Shown in pieces: positions 12,346 through 21,606 of a stretch of DNA of 64,000 bases (position 1 is the stretch's first letter; each line of letters opens with the position of its first letter). The stretch is from Chloroflexota bacterium (GTDB lineage: Bacteria; Chloroflexota; Anaerolineae; CAYNKW01). The DNA lies in contig JBMOMT010000060.1 of NCBI GenBank assembly GCA_049324835.1, forward strand, positions 126,517 to 190,516, read 5' to 3'. Position numbers and translations under genes: made by a program. The notes beneath the pieces are model-generated. The model made no database searches. It saw only the letters and a program-made list of their open reading frames with translations, and was not told where the DNA came from.

Positions 12346-12897
12346 CTATTCCCCCCTGTCGGCAACTGGCTGCTCCGATTTGCCCTCCATGATACCCCGA
12401 TCAGGGGGCAAAGTCAAGTCTTGCCAGCGGTTCATCATCTGCTTCATCTTTTCCCAGTGAGTGCCTCGCCAATAGACACGCTGGCACACCGGGCAGAGGA
12501 AAAATGCCTGCTGGGTGCGGTGGACGTGGCGCGGCACACGATTGCCCGCCTGTTCGTGGCTCAACGCCAACAGAGGCTCGTTGCACACCGGGCAGCGCGA
12601 AAAAGCGCCCTCCATCGGAGGCCCCACCGCCAGTATCACCTGCCGCACCTGGTCTTCCAGAGCCTGGCTCTGGATCAACAGCGCCTCCAGGCCGCGCCGG
12701 GCCGCGAGCTGACGATCGCGCGTGAGGAGCAAACGCCCTTCGGCGCGGGCGCGACGAACCAACACCCAGTCGTCGGCGCCGGTTTCCAGGGCTGTATCGT
12801 AGCCCAGAAGGCGCAACCAGCGGGCCAACCGGCCGAGCATGCCATCGGCCAACAATCTCACGTTTTGAACGGCTTTCAGGCTTGTGTTATTCATCAT
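12346..12897 (-). CDS. Mut7-C RNase domain protein (DUF82-like) with C-terminal zinc ribbon
   Basis: N-terminal block ADGMLGRLARWLRLLGYDT typical of the Mut7-C/PIN-like family. Two CxxC pairs (CPVCNE...CPVCQ). Confidence 0.55.
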   Translation of the reverse strand: MMNNTSLKAVQNVRLLADGMLGRLARWLRLLGYDTALETGADDWVLVRRARAEGRLLLTRDRQLAARRGLEALLIQSQALEDQVRQVILAVGPPMEGAFSRCPVCNEPLLALSHEQAGNRVPRHVHRTQQAFFLCPVCQRVYWRGTHWEKMKQMMNRWQDLTLPPDRGIMEGKSEQPVADRGE

Positions 12898-12910
12898 TCT
12901 CTGGTATGAT
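12882..12910 (+). promoter_or_regulatory. putative sigma-70 promoter with extended -10 (TTGTGT-17-TGGTATGAT) upstream of the Amt-like gene
   Basis: -35 at 12882-12887, spacer 17, TGG + TATGAT at 12902-12910. Lies in the divergent gap between the Mut7-C and Amt-like genes. Confidence 0.35.
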
Positions 12911-12983
12911 CCAGCACGTTTGGCGTGTTCTGGTTACCCAGCACGCCGCACACAACCAGCTCGTTTTGCCTGGCGGAGGAAAT

Positions 12984-14366
12984 ATGCCCGAAAGCAGTGA
13001 ATCTCTGGCGTTGACCATCGTGGGCCTGCTGGTTCCTCTGGGGTTGGCGCTGGTCGCCGTCGGTGGCGTGCCGGAAAAGCGAGCCGGGTCGGTGGCGCTC
13101 TCGGCGTTGGCGGCCATTGGCCTGGGCGGCTTTGCTTACCTGGCGCTGGGCTTTGCCCTCCAATTCGGTGGCCTGAGTTTGCATTACGATGTGCCGGGCC
13201 TGGAGAGGTTGGTGTGGGAGCGCCCCCTGCTCACCACCAGCAACCTGGCCCGAGTAGGCACGGCAGGTTATTTTCTGCAAGATGAGGCCAGCACACCGGC
13301 GGCCTATGGCCTATTTCTCTCCCAATTGCCCCTCGTCGCCACGGCCACCCTCATCCCGTTGGCCGCCTTACGAGGCCGGACGCGCGGCTGGGTACCCTTG
13401 TTGGGCGGCTTGCTCACCGCCGGTCTGCTCTACCCCGTGCTGGCCCATTGGGCCTGGTTCGACGATTGGCTGGCGCAATTGGGCCGGCTGATGGGCCTGG
13501 GCCACGGCTACGTCGATTTGGTCGGCGCGGGCGTGGTGCACTTGCTGGGCGGCACGGTGGCTCTGGCAGGATTGGTGGCCTTTCGACTGCAGAGCGAACG
13601 GCGCACAGCCACCGTTTCAGGTTACGATTCCCGCCAGAGATCGCTGCCCCGTATGCCACAACCCCAGAAATACGAGCCCTTGCCGCCTACGCACCAGCCG
13701 CTGCTGGCCTACACGGGCGCGCTGCTGGCGCTCGTTGGCTGGGCCGGACTGGCGCTACAGATGCCTCGCCTGGGTCAGCCTGCGATCTCGGCGGCCCAGG
13801 TGTTGCTCAATCTGATCCTCAGCGCCGCCGGGGCCGGTACGTTGTGCATGCTCTATACCTGGCTGGTGGCAGGCGCTCCTTCACCGCTGATGGCGGCCCG
13901 GGCTGTCGTTGGTGGATTGGTGACAGCCAGCGCCGGCGCAGCTTTTGTGCCACCCTGGGCATCGCTGGTCGCTGGCGCCGCTGTGGGTCTGTTCATCGTG
14001 CCGCTGCATTATTTACTCACCGTCGTGCTGCGCCTGGGCGACGAGACGGCTGCCGTGAGTGTCCATCTGCTGCCGGGCGCATGGGGCCTGGCTGTGGTCG
14101 GCCTGCTGGCCGATGGTCGCGCCGGTGCAGGCTGGAACAACACCGGCCTGCCGGGCCAGGGTGTGACCGGCGCGCTGGTCGCATCTGGCCTGACAGCCGA
14201 CTGGCCGGGTCAGTTGCAGGCGCAGTTGGCCGGCGCTGGCGTCATCTTTATCGTTGCTTTCGCGCTCGCTGGTGTGCTGTTTGCCCTCAGTGCGGGTTTT
14301 GTCGCCGCCTGGGAGGGCCGTCACCTGCCGACCGGCGCCCCGGTAGATTCTGAGGCAGTGGATTAA
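12984..14366 (+). CDS. ammonium transporter family protein (Amt/MEP/Rh-like, divergent)
   Basis: About 11 TM segments. Block HGYVDLVGAGVVHLLGGTVALAGLVAFRLQSER resembles the Amt signature (D-FAGG-VVH...G-AL-GA---G-R). Start at ATG 12984 preceded by GGAGGA. Family call is tentative. Confidence 0.5.
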   Translation: MPESSESLALTIVGLLVPLGLALVAVGGVPEKRAGSVALSALAAIGLGGFAYLALGFALQFGGLSLHYDVPGLERLVWERPLLTTSNLARVGTAGYFLQDEASTPAAYGLFLSQLPLVATATLIPLAALRGRTRGWVPLLGGLLTAGLLYPVLAHWAWFDDWLAQLGRLMGLGHGYVDLVGAGVVHLLGGTVALAGLVAFRLQSERRTATVSGYDSRQRSLPRMPQPQKYEPLPPTHQPLLAYTGALLALVGWAGLALQMPRLGQPAISAAQVLLNLILSAAGAGTLCMLYTWLVAGAPSPLMAARAVVGGLVTASAGAAFVPPWASLVAGAAVGLFIVPLHYLLTVVLRLGDETAAVSVHLLPGAWGLAVVGLLADGRAGAGWNNTGLPGQGVTGALVASGLTADWPGQLQAQLAGAGVIFIVAFALAGVLFALSAGFVAAWEGRHLPTGAPVDSEAVD

Positions 14367-14962
14367 CGATCGGCTCCCAGCGGCAGCCGGGCCAGGGTGC
14401 TATAGACTGCGCCCGTGGGGCGCAGATCGCTCCGCTTGAGGAAAACCGCGTCGGCGGTCATGCGGCCCAGCGTCTCTACTTGGCTGTTCGTAATCAGCTC
14501 CCCCAATTGCTGCTGATCGCTCCAACTGGCCGAGCGTTGCACCCGGCCCAGGGTGAGGTGAGGGCTGAAAGGGCGTGCCTCCGGCGGGTAGCCCAGTGCG
14601 GCCAACTGACGCCCCACGCTTTTCTGAAGGCGCTGCAGAGCGCCTGTGGCCTCCTCGACCCCCACCCATACCACCCGAGCGCGACGCACATTGGGAAAGC
14701 ACCCCAGGCCGTGCACCTGGAAAGCAAACGGCCCCACGTCGCGGCTGGCGGTTTCCAGCGCCCGTGAAATCTCGGCCACCCGCGACGCGGGTATATCACC
14801 CAGGAATTGGAGGGTGAGGTGAATGCCTTCTGGCCCCACCCAGCGCACCGACCGCGGTGGGGCCTGGCGTTGCAGCCGCTCCTGGAGTTGTGTCAGCCGA
14901 TTCAGGAGCTCGCGGTTCAACTCGATGGCCACAAAGGCGCGTATCTGTTCCACGGGCATCAT
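14363..14962 (-). CDS. thpR: RNA 2',3'-cyclic phosphodiesterase ThpR/LigT (2H phosphoesterase)
   Basis: Two H-x-T/S-x motifs (GIHLTLQFLGD and SPHLTLGRV), about 190 aa. 4-nt overlap with the upstream amidohydrolase gene. Confidence 0.75.
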   Translation of the reverse strand: MMPVEQIRAFVAIELNRELLNRLTQLQERLQRQAPPRSVRWVGPEGIHLTLQFLGDIPASRVAEISRALETASRDVGPFAFQVHGLGCFPNVRRARVVWVGVEEATGALQRLQKSVGRQLAALGYPPEARPFSPHLTLGRVQRSASWSDQQQLGELITNSQVETLGRMTADAVFLKRSDLRPTGAVYSTLARLPLGADR

Positions 14963-15816
14963 CCTTTCAGACCCAGCAGGCGCGCGGCGTTGGCGCCCTC
15001 GATCTTGGCCAGTGTGGATCGGGGCAAACCGGCCAGCACCAGGCGGGCGTGCATCTTGCGCTGGTCGATGAGGGGATAGTCGGTAGCGAAAAGAATTTTG
15101 TCCGGCATGAGTGTACCGGCCAGAAAAAAGATCTTGTCGCGGTAGAGATAGAGTGAAGCTGCCGTGTCGTAATAGACGTTGCGGAATTGGCGCATCACCT
15201 CCGGCATCAGTTCGTAGAACGGCAGGCCGCCGCCCCAGTGGGCGCAGACGAGGATGGCCTCCGGGAACAATTCGACGAAACGGTAGACGGTTCCCGGATC
15301 GACAGTGCCCTTGCCAGGGTAGAGATGGCCCACCGGCTCGCTGGTGTGGCTCAAGATGAGCATGCGGTGCGCCGTCGTCAGCTCGACGATGGGCCGCATG
15401 GCGCGTTCGTCGTCCAGGGCAAAACCCTGACCGTTCGGCATCAGCTCGCCCAGGCCGCGCAGGCCGCCTGCCGCGCAGCGTTCCAATTCTTTTACTGCCA
15501 GTTCTGTGTAGGCCGGGTTGACAATGCCAAAACCAACCATACGATCCGGATAACGACGCACGGCTTCCATCACGTAATCGTTGGACTCGCGCAGCAGCCC
15601 CGGATCGCGCCAGCCGAAGCCAAAGGTCACCGAAACGTCCACACCGGAGCGATCCATCTCTTCGATGAGCTCGTCGGCGGTGATGAGCCGGGCGTTGGGA
15701 TTGCCGTAAAGCTCCTCGAACCAGATATCGCGGCTGAGGAATTTCTCCCGGTTCTGAATGATGGTCGGTGGTGTGATGTGGGTGTGAAAGTCAATGATCA
15801 TCGTGCGGCCTCCCAC
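14959..15816 (-). CDS. amidohydrolase-2 family metal-dependent hydrolase (TIM barrel)
   Basis: MIIDFHTHITPP N-terminal HxH motif plus downstream His/Asp ligands. Confidence 0.7.
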   Translation of the reverse strand: MGGRTMIIDFHTHITPPTIIQNREKFLSRDIWFEELYGNPNARLITADELIEEMDRSGVDVSVTFGFGWRDPGLLRESNDYVMEAVRRYPDRMVGFGIVNPAYTELAVKELERCAAGGLRGLGELMPNGQGFALDDERAMRPIVELTTAHRMLILSHTSEPVGHLYPGKGTVDPGTVYRFVELFPEAILVCAHWGGGLPFYELMPEVMRQFRNVYYDTAASLYLYRDKIFFLAGTLMPDKILFATDYPLIDQRKMHARLVLAGLPRSTLAKIEGANAARLLGLKG

Positions 15817-15841
15817 CGCAATCGAACAGAATGGTTTCCAA

Positions 15842-17701
15842 TCATGGCTGTTCCACTCGCACCTGGCCGTTTGTGATCACGAGCAACAGTTCCTCGCCAG
15901 GGTCGTTCACCTCACATTCCAACGCCAGACCGGCCGAGCCTGCTGGGGCCACACTAAAGGCGTTCAGGTAGAGGTGATAGGCGCCGTTGGGCAGTTCACC
16001 CAGCGCCATTCCCCTGTCTCCCGGGCCAAAATCTCGCCGACGCAGCGGAACAAGATGCGATGGTTCGGCCAGGGCGAATTCGGTGTTGTTCCAGCCGTAC
16101 ACGGTCAGACCGTCCTCCCCGGTCAACCCGATCTGGTAAAAACCCAGCGGCGGCGAGGCTGACGGCTCAAAGGTTCCGGGAATGACCGGCGATGGGGTCC
16201 AGGTCAACTGCACCCCTGCCGCGACCACCTCGGCTCGGACGTTGCTGGGCGGGTCTGGCACGCTGCCGCCGACATACACATCGCTGGCGGTCATGCCCGG
16301 CACAGGCACACCGTCGGCGTCGAGCAGGGTAAAGGTATAGACGCCGCCCGCCAGGGGCATCGCCTGGATGTAACTGGAGAAGCGCTGGTCCCATTCAAAG
16401 AGGTCGGCGTAACGCGGCAGGGTGATCGTCTGGCCGGCGGGTGTCTGCACCACCACCTGCATACGCAGGCCGGCTCTGACGTTGGCATCAAAGACCGTCT
16501 CGGCGCTGCGTGAGGCCGCGCCTGCCGGGCCGAACAACCGGCACCAGACGTCGGCCGAGTCCCAGGTGACGTCGCGTACCCTTGGCAGTTCACCCGGCGC
16601 GATCGAGTAAACGGCTTGCACGGCGTCCAGCTCGGCGCCGGCGCTGCCCGTTTCTGCCTGTTCGGTGCTGCCGTCGTCTGTGATGCGAATGAATTTGACG
16701 TAACGTAAACCGGCGTCAGACAGGTTCAGACTGCCCGGCTCACCGCTGTTGCCCAGCGACTGAAACGTCAGCCCATCGACGCTCACCTCGACGATGACCG
16801 ACTCGTCGTTGTCCGGACCGCCAAACAGGCGGATGTCGGGGCCAGGGCCGTCGACGGCCAGGTTGTTGGAGAAGGCCAGGGTGATGTGCCCGCCGATGCC
16901 CAGGTTCACCAGACCGCTCAGTTCTGGCTCGGTGGCCCAATCGGGTGCGCCCAGGGCGGCAGAAGGGTCGACATAATCGACCCAACCCGGGCTGCCCTGC
17001 TGATAGTCGATCACCTGATCGGCAAAGGCATCGGCCACCGGCTCTGGGGTTGGGCTGGGTTTGGGCGGCGCCATGTGGGGCATGTCACCCTCGGTGGCCC
17101 ACAGGGTGCGTTCGTCGTCGCTCATCGGTTGCGAGGGGGCGGGGGGCTGGCCGTCTACCACCGTCGATTGCTGGCCGGCAGAGACGGTCACCGTTTGTTC
17201 CTGGGCGGTCAACTCGACCGCGCCCTCGGCCACAGAGACGAGTAGCGTGCCATCGCTCACCGCCACGCAAAAGTGTGTGTCGCGTACGGCGGCCACAGCC
17301 GCGCCGGTGTGCACGGCGAACTCGTGGGGCTGGTCGGTGGTCAGGTTGATCCACAGCCGCCCTGCCTCCAAGACGAGGGTCGTCAGCAGGTTGCCCCGGC
17401 GCGTGGTGCTTTTTTCGATGGTGAACACCGTCTCGGCGGAGAGGCGCACCACGCCTTCCAACAACTCCAGTCGCGCAAAAGATTCGGCCCCGGTGCGCAC
17501 CTGGCCGCCACTGTGCACGGCCAGGCCCACGGCAGCAGGTTGCCAGTCGTCGTTGGGGCGCGGGTGGGTATCTACCTGCCCGATGGTTTCTATCACCGTT
17601 GCCGGATGTTCCTCGCCCGCCGATGAAACCAGGACAACGGCAGTGACTATCAGGGCCAGCATCACTATCAGAACACCGATGATCCAGATTTTTTTGCTCA
17701 T
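15842..17701 (-). CDS. FecR-domain protein, membrane-anchored, large extracytoplasmic C-terminal region (paralog of 17742..18590)
   Basis: N-terminal TM anchor (KIWIIGVLIVMLALIVTAVVLV). FecR-like beta-sandwich block VGLAVHSGGQVRTGAESFARLELLEGVVRLSAETVF...DQPHEFAV. About 60 percent identical over about 190 aa to the next gene. Start at internal ATG 17699-17701. Confidence 0.7.
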   Translation of the reverse strand: MSKKIWIIGVLIVMLALIVTAVVLVSSAGEEHPATVIETIGQVDTHPRPNDDWQPAAVGLAVHSGGQVRTGAESFARLELLEGVVRLSAETVFTIEKSTTRRGNLLTTLVLEAGRLWINLTTDQPHEFAVHTGAAVAAVRDTHFCVAVSDGTLLVSVAEGAVELTAQEQTVTVSAGQQSTVVDGQPPAPSQPMSDDERTLWATEGDMPHMAPPKPSPTPEPVADAFADQVIDYQQGSPGWVDYVDPSAALGAPDWATEPELSGLVNLGIGGHITLAFSNNLAVDGPGPDIRLFGGPDNDESVIVEVSVDGLTFQSLGNSGEPGSLNLSDAGLRYVKFIRITDDGSTEQAETGSAGAELDAVQAVYSIAPGELPRVRDVTWDSADVWCRLFGPAGAASRSAETVFDANVRAGLRMQVVVQTPAGQTITLPRYADLFEWDQRFSSYIQAMPLAGGVYTFTLLDADGVPVPGMTASDVYVGGSVPDPPSNVRAEVVAAGVQLTWTPSPVIPGTFEPSASPPLGFYQIGLTGEDGLTVYGWNNTEFALAEPSHLVPLRRRDFGPGDRGMALGELPNGAYHLYLNAFSVAPAGSAGLALECEVNDPGEELLLVITNGQVRVEQP

Positions 17702-17741
17702 GACATTTTTCCTTTTGCGGCAAACCAACTATCATGGCGGA

Positions 17742-18590
17742 TTATGGCCCCTCAATACGAATCTGACTGGGTGTGGCCGATGGCGTGTGTGTCACTGTGG
17801 ACGCGCGTGTGGCTGTGGCTGTCACGATCGGGTCAGCCGTCGGGTCTTGGGTGATCGGAGGGGTGGGGACAAGGGGGTGTGTGGTAGAGCCGCCCGGCGT
17901 GGGCGGTATGATCGGTGGGGTAATTGGCACCGGTGTGACGGTTGGCGTGGGTGTGGACGGGGCCATTTTGGGCATCTGCCCCTCAGTGGCCCACTGGGTA
18001 CGCTCGTCGTCGCTCATCGGTTCCGGCAGCGATGGCATCTGACCGTCCACGGCGGTAGATTGCTCTCCCGCCTTCACCGTGACCATTCTGCCCTGCGCCG
18101 TCAACGTGACGCTACCCTCAGCCACAGAGACGCGCGTCGCGCCGTCGAATGCCGCCACGCTAAAGCGTGTATCACGCACGGCTGCGATGGCCCCGTTGGT
18201 CTGGACGGCGAATTCGTGAGGCTGATCGGTCGTCAGATTGATCCACAGGCGGCCTTTTTCCAGGTCAAGCGTGGTCCAGAGTTTGCCCTGGCGTGTGGCG
18301 CTTTCTTTGACGGTGAACACACAATCGGCTGCCAGGCGCACCCGGCCTTCTGGCAGTTCCAGGCTCGCCCAAGAATCCGCTCCCGTGCGCAGTTGACCGC
18401 CGCCAAACAGTTTCATGCCCACGCGGGCGGGCTGCCAGGCGTCTTTGGGACGCGGGTGGGCATCGACTTGGTTCACTGCTTCCACCACCGTTGCCGGCTG
18501 GGCCTCGGCGGCGGGTGCTCGTAACAAAAGCGCCACCCCCATCGCTGCCAGCAATGTCAGACCAGCGGCCATCCACAATCCACGTTTCAT
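17742..18590 (-). CDS. FecR-domain protein with C-terminal Pro/Thr-rich tail (paralog of 15842..17701)
   Basis: Signal/TM (LWMAAGLTLLAAMGVALLL), FecR block VGMKLFGGGQLRTGADSWASLELPEGRVRLAADCVF...DQPHEFAV, shared motif MSDDERTQWATEG. Start at internal ATG 18588-18590, overlapping the cyclase stop. Confidence 0.7.
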   Translation of the reverse strand: MKRGLWMAAGLTLLAAMGVALLLRAPAAEAQPATVVEAVNQVDAHPRPKDAWQPARVGMKLFGGGQLRTGADSWASLELPEGRVRLAADCVFTVKESATRQGKLWTTLDLEKGRLWINLTTDQPHEFAVQTNGAIAAVRDTRFSVAAFDGATRVSVAEGSVTLTAQGRMVTVKAGEQSTAVDGQMPSLPEPMSDDERTQWATEGQMPKMAPSTPTPTVTPVPITPPIIPPTPGGSTTHPLVPTPPITQDPTADPIVTATATRASTVTHTPSATPSQIRIEGP

Positions 18591-18591
18591 C

Positions 18592-20445
18592 TCAGCCCTC
18601 CGGCTCCGATAACCCCAACACGCGGTAGACGCGGATCGGCTCGGCCTTGCCTCTGGCCTGAAAGGGCAGCACGTCGGCATCGACCTGCACCTGCCGCTGA
18701 ACCTGCTCGTAGGTGGCCTGGGTGATCAACACCGTGGCGCAGGGCTGCTCGTCGTCTCCGTCGCGTTCCAGGCGGCGGGCCAGCACTTCTTTGGTATAGT
18801 CCTGCACCCGCGCGGCGGTGTTGACGGCATCGCCGATGACGGTATACTCGACGCGACGGCCCCGGCCCACGATGCCGTCCATCAGCCGCCCGCTGTGAAT
18901 GCCGATGCCCACACGCAGGGGGTGCTCGTCACGCAGGGGCCAGATGGCGTTGAGTTCGGGCAACAGGGCCGCCATGCGCAGCGCGGCCCGCACCGCCAGC
19001 AGGGCGTGATCTGGCGCTGGCTCTGGCGCGCCAAAGAGCACCAACAGACCATCACCTAACATTTTATCCAACACACCCTGCTCGGCAAACGCAGCCTCGA
19101 CCATGGCGTCGGCATAGTGGTTGAGGAAACGGAGCACCTCGCCGCCGCGCCCCTGGCTGGTGAGGGTCTCGGTGGCCGAGGTAAAACCACGGATATCGGA
19201 AAAGAGGACGGTCGCTTCCACCTCCGGTCGGTCTTCGGTCACCAGCTCTTCCCAACTGTCGAGCACCACCGCCAGCCGCTCCGGGGCCATGAAACTCTGG
19301 AAGCGATCTCGCAGGCGGCGGCGCTCCTGCTCTTCGATGAGCACCCGTTCCACCAGGCCGCCGGCCATCGTCAGCGTGGCCAGGCCCACCGGCGATACGA
19401 CCGACAGCCACAGATCGGCCTGGGCAAACAACAAAAAGGCCGTCACCAGGTAGAGCAACAGCCCGCCCCCCACGCCAGCCGTGGCCTGCAGGGGTGAGAG
19501 ACGCCAAAAGGCGGTTGCTGTCAGGGCCACGGCCAACAGACTGATGGCCGCGTCGAGCCAGCCCGGCGCGTGGGTGATGGGATCGTTGTTGAGCAGGGTG
19601 GCGATGACATTGGCGTGCACTTCGACGCCGGGTGTCAGGCCGGCCTTGTCAAAAGGGGTGACGTGCAGGTCTTGCTCCAAAAAGGTGGTAAAACCAATGA
19701 GCACAACCTGATCCGTAAAAGTGGCGGCAGCTATCTCGCCGTTGAGCACCTGGTACATGGGCACCGTGCGAAAGGTATTGCCCCCGCCCCGAAAGTTGAT
19801 GAGCAGATCGGTCGTGTTGTGAGGTGCCATGGCCGATGTCTCCCCGCCATGGGCCTGGGCCACCGCCAGGCCAAACGCCGTGTACCAGGTGTCGTTGTGG
19901 AAGCGGTGCAGCGCCACCCGCCGCACCACGCCGTCGGTATCGAGGGCCACGTTGGCCAGCCCCACGCCGTTCACCGACTGAATCAGCGTTTCTAACGGCG
20001 CGGTGTAACGATCGTAGGCGTAGCCAGGCCCTTCCTGGTGTTCGATGAGACTGGCCAACACTGTCGGTGGGGCTTGCTGCAGGCTCTGGGCCAGGGCATC
20101 GTCGCCGCCTGGGTCGCTGCCGGGGTGTGTCCAGGCCACGTCTACTCCGATGACCGATGGCCCTCCGGCAGCGATGGCGTCGATCAGGCGGGCGTATTCG
20201 GCGCGCGGCCAGGTGCGCAGGTTCTGGTTGAGCACGGTAAAACTCTCGTCGTTGATGGCGACGATCACGATGGGCGCGTCGGCCGGGCGCTCACCGCGCA
20301 GCCGGAAGCGTAGATCGTAGATGGTCAGCTCGAGGGTTTGGGGAATGCCAAAGCCGTTGAGCAGCAGAACCAGGACCAGCCCTGCGACCAGCATGAGCGC
20401 CAATCGGTGGGAGCGGGTGAGTTCGGATCGGAGTTGCTTTAGCAT
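18592..20445 (-). CDS. CHASE2 sensor domain adenylate/guanylate cyclase (class III)
   Basis: N-terminal TM, large extracytoplasmic CHASE2-like region, a TM cluster, and a class III cyclase domain (VLFSDIRGFTSATETL...MLGDGLLVLFGAP...GIGIHSG). Start at internal ATG 20443-20445. Confidence 0.8.
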   Translation of the reverse strand: MLKQLRSELTRSHRLALMLVAGLVLVLLLNGFGIPQTLELTIYDLRFRLRGERPADAPIVIVAINDESFTVLNQNLRTWPRAEYARLIDAIAAGGPSVIGVDVAWTHPGSDPGGDDALAQSLQQAPPTVLASLIEHQEGPGYAYDRYTAPLETLIQSVNGVGLANVALDTDGVVRRVALHRFHNDTWYTAFGLAVAQAHGGETSAMAPHNTTDLLINFRGGGNTFRTVPMYQVLNGEIAAATFTDQVVLIGFTTFLEQDLHVTPFDKAGLTPGVEVHANVIATLLNNDPITHAPGWLDAAISLLAVALTATAFWRLSPLQATAGVGGGLLLYLVTAFLLFAQADLWLSVVSPVGLATLTMAGGLVERVLIEEQERRRLRDRFQSFMAPERLAVVLDSWEELVTEDRPEVEATVLFSDIRGFTSATETLTSQGRGGEVLRFLNHYADAMVEAAFAEQGVLDKMLGDGLLVLFGAPEPAPDHALLAVRAALRMAALLPELNAIWPLRDEHPLRVGIGIHSGRLMDGIVGRGRRVEYTVIGDAVNTAARVQDYTKEVLARRLERDGDDEQPCATVLITQATYEQVQRQVQVDADVLPFQARGKAEPIRVYRVLGLSEPEG

Positions 20446-20535
20446 GGAGCCCTCGCTTTCCGAGTGGGGGAGACCTGAATCCATTATAATGGATTTGTAA
20501 GGTTTTGTGAAGTGCCCCTCTGTGACGGCTGCGTT

Positions 20536-21351
20536 TCAGTTTGGGGCCGGGTTGTCATTCTCTGCCGGGTTTTCAATGGGCAGGCTCAACGGTCGCGGTT
20601 CGGTTGGATCGCTTGTTTGGTGGGTTCGCTCCACGGCTCGCCAGAGATTGATCTTGACCTTGGGATAACTCTTTTCTACCGTACGCAAGAGCTGTGCCAT
20701 CAGAGCCCGGCGTGAGGCCTGGCCGTTCACACAGGCAGCCGGCGGCGGGGGAAAGCCGCAAACAGCCGCCAGACGCACCAGCTCTTTCTCCGGTACATAG
20801 ATCAGCGGGCGAATCAGGGTCAGTCGATGGTCAAAAAAGGACACACGGGGGCGCATCGACTCCAGTCTGCCCTGGTAAAACAGGTTGAGCAGGGTGGTCT
20901 GGGCGGCGTCGTCGGCGTGATGGCCCAGAGCCACCTTGTTGCAGCCCATGCGGTCGGCGGCCAGGAATAGCGCTTTGCGCCGCCGCCAGGCACAGTGAAA
21001 ACAAGGCGACCGTTCCCGTCCTTCAGGCAGACTATCCACCTCTTGCATAGGGGTCAGGATGTATTCTACCGCCTCACTTTGCAGCCAGGCCTCCAGCGAG
21101 GTGGTATTCTGACCCGACCCGCAGGGCGCATCGGCAGCCGGTATGACGTGCACGGCCACCAAGTCGTACCGTTCGCGGGCCACACATTGCCGCGCGCCGA
21201 GCAGGTGTAACAACGAGAGGCTGTCTTTGCCGCCCGATACAGCCACAGCAATTCGATCCCCCTCGGCGATGAGGTTGTGTTGCCGGATGGCCTGGTTGAC
21301 CTTTTTGAGCAGGAAAAAGGTTTGTCGGTTATGCGTGGGTTGTTTGGCCAT
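20536..21351 (-). CDS. ttcA: tRNA 2-thiocytidine synthetase TtcA-like PP-loop ATPase
   Basis: PP-loop SGGKDS (VAVSGGKDSLSLLHLL), the TtcA-type block ALGHHADDAAQTTLLNLFYQG, and CxxC (SPCFHC). Confidence 0.7.
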   Translation of the reverse strand: MAKQPTHNRQTFFLLKKVNQAIRQHNLIAEGDRIAVAVSGGKDSLSLLHLLGARQCVARERYDLVAVHVIPAADAPCGSGQNTTSLEAWLQSEAVEYILTPMQEVDSLPEGRERSPCFHCAWRRRKALFLAADRMGCNKVALGHHADDAAQTTLLNLFYQGRLESMRPRVSFFDHRLTLIRPLIYVPEKELVRLAAVCGFPPPPAACVNGQASRRALMAQLLRTVEKSYPKVKINLWRAVERTHQTSDPTEPRPLSLPIENPAENDNPAPN

Positions 21352-21367
21352 GGTCGAATCTCTTTTT

Positions 21368-21487
21368 GTAACTGCTCAGCCTACCCGCCCGCAGGCTAAA
21401 ATCTGGCCGACTGGACCCGGCAGATCTGCAAACTGTGGCAGCAGGGACACGGCCCCTACAAGAACCTGTGAGAGGGTGAGCAGTTAT
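21368..21487. repeat. MITE-like repeat element, copy B (shorter; internal hairpin lost), flanked by TCTTTTT direct repeats
   Basis: GTAACTGCTCAGCCTACCCGCCCGCAGGCTAAAAT...CCTGTGAGAGGGTGAGCAGTTAT. Flanks tctttttGTAAC...CAGTTAtcttttt. Located in the ttcA/LysM divergent gap. Confidence 0.7.
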
Positions 21488-21567
21488 CTTTTTTTGATCG
21501 TATTTGCCCCAAGCGAATCTGCGTTGCGCGGCGTCGATTATACCACACTTTGCGTTTTTGCTTTTGT

Positions 21568-21596
21568 TTGCTCCTGCTCCCAACCTGTGGTAGAAT
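21568..21596 (+). promoter_or_regulatory. putative promoter TTGCTC-17-TGGTAGAAT (extended -10) for the LysM gene
   Basis: -35 at 21568-21573, TGG at 21588-21590, TAGAAT at 21591-21596, about 11 nt before ATG 21607. Shares the string CTGTGGTAGAAT with the promoter at 61432..61460. Confidence 0.45.
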
Positions 21597-21606
21597 GTAG
21601 CGCAGC

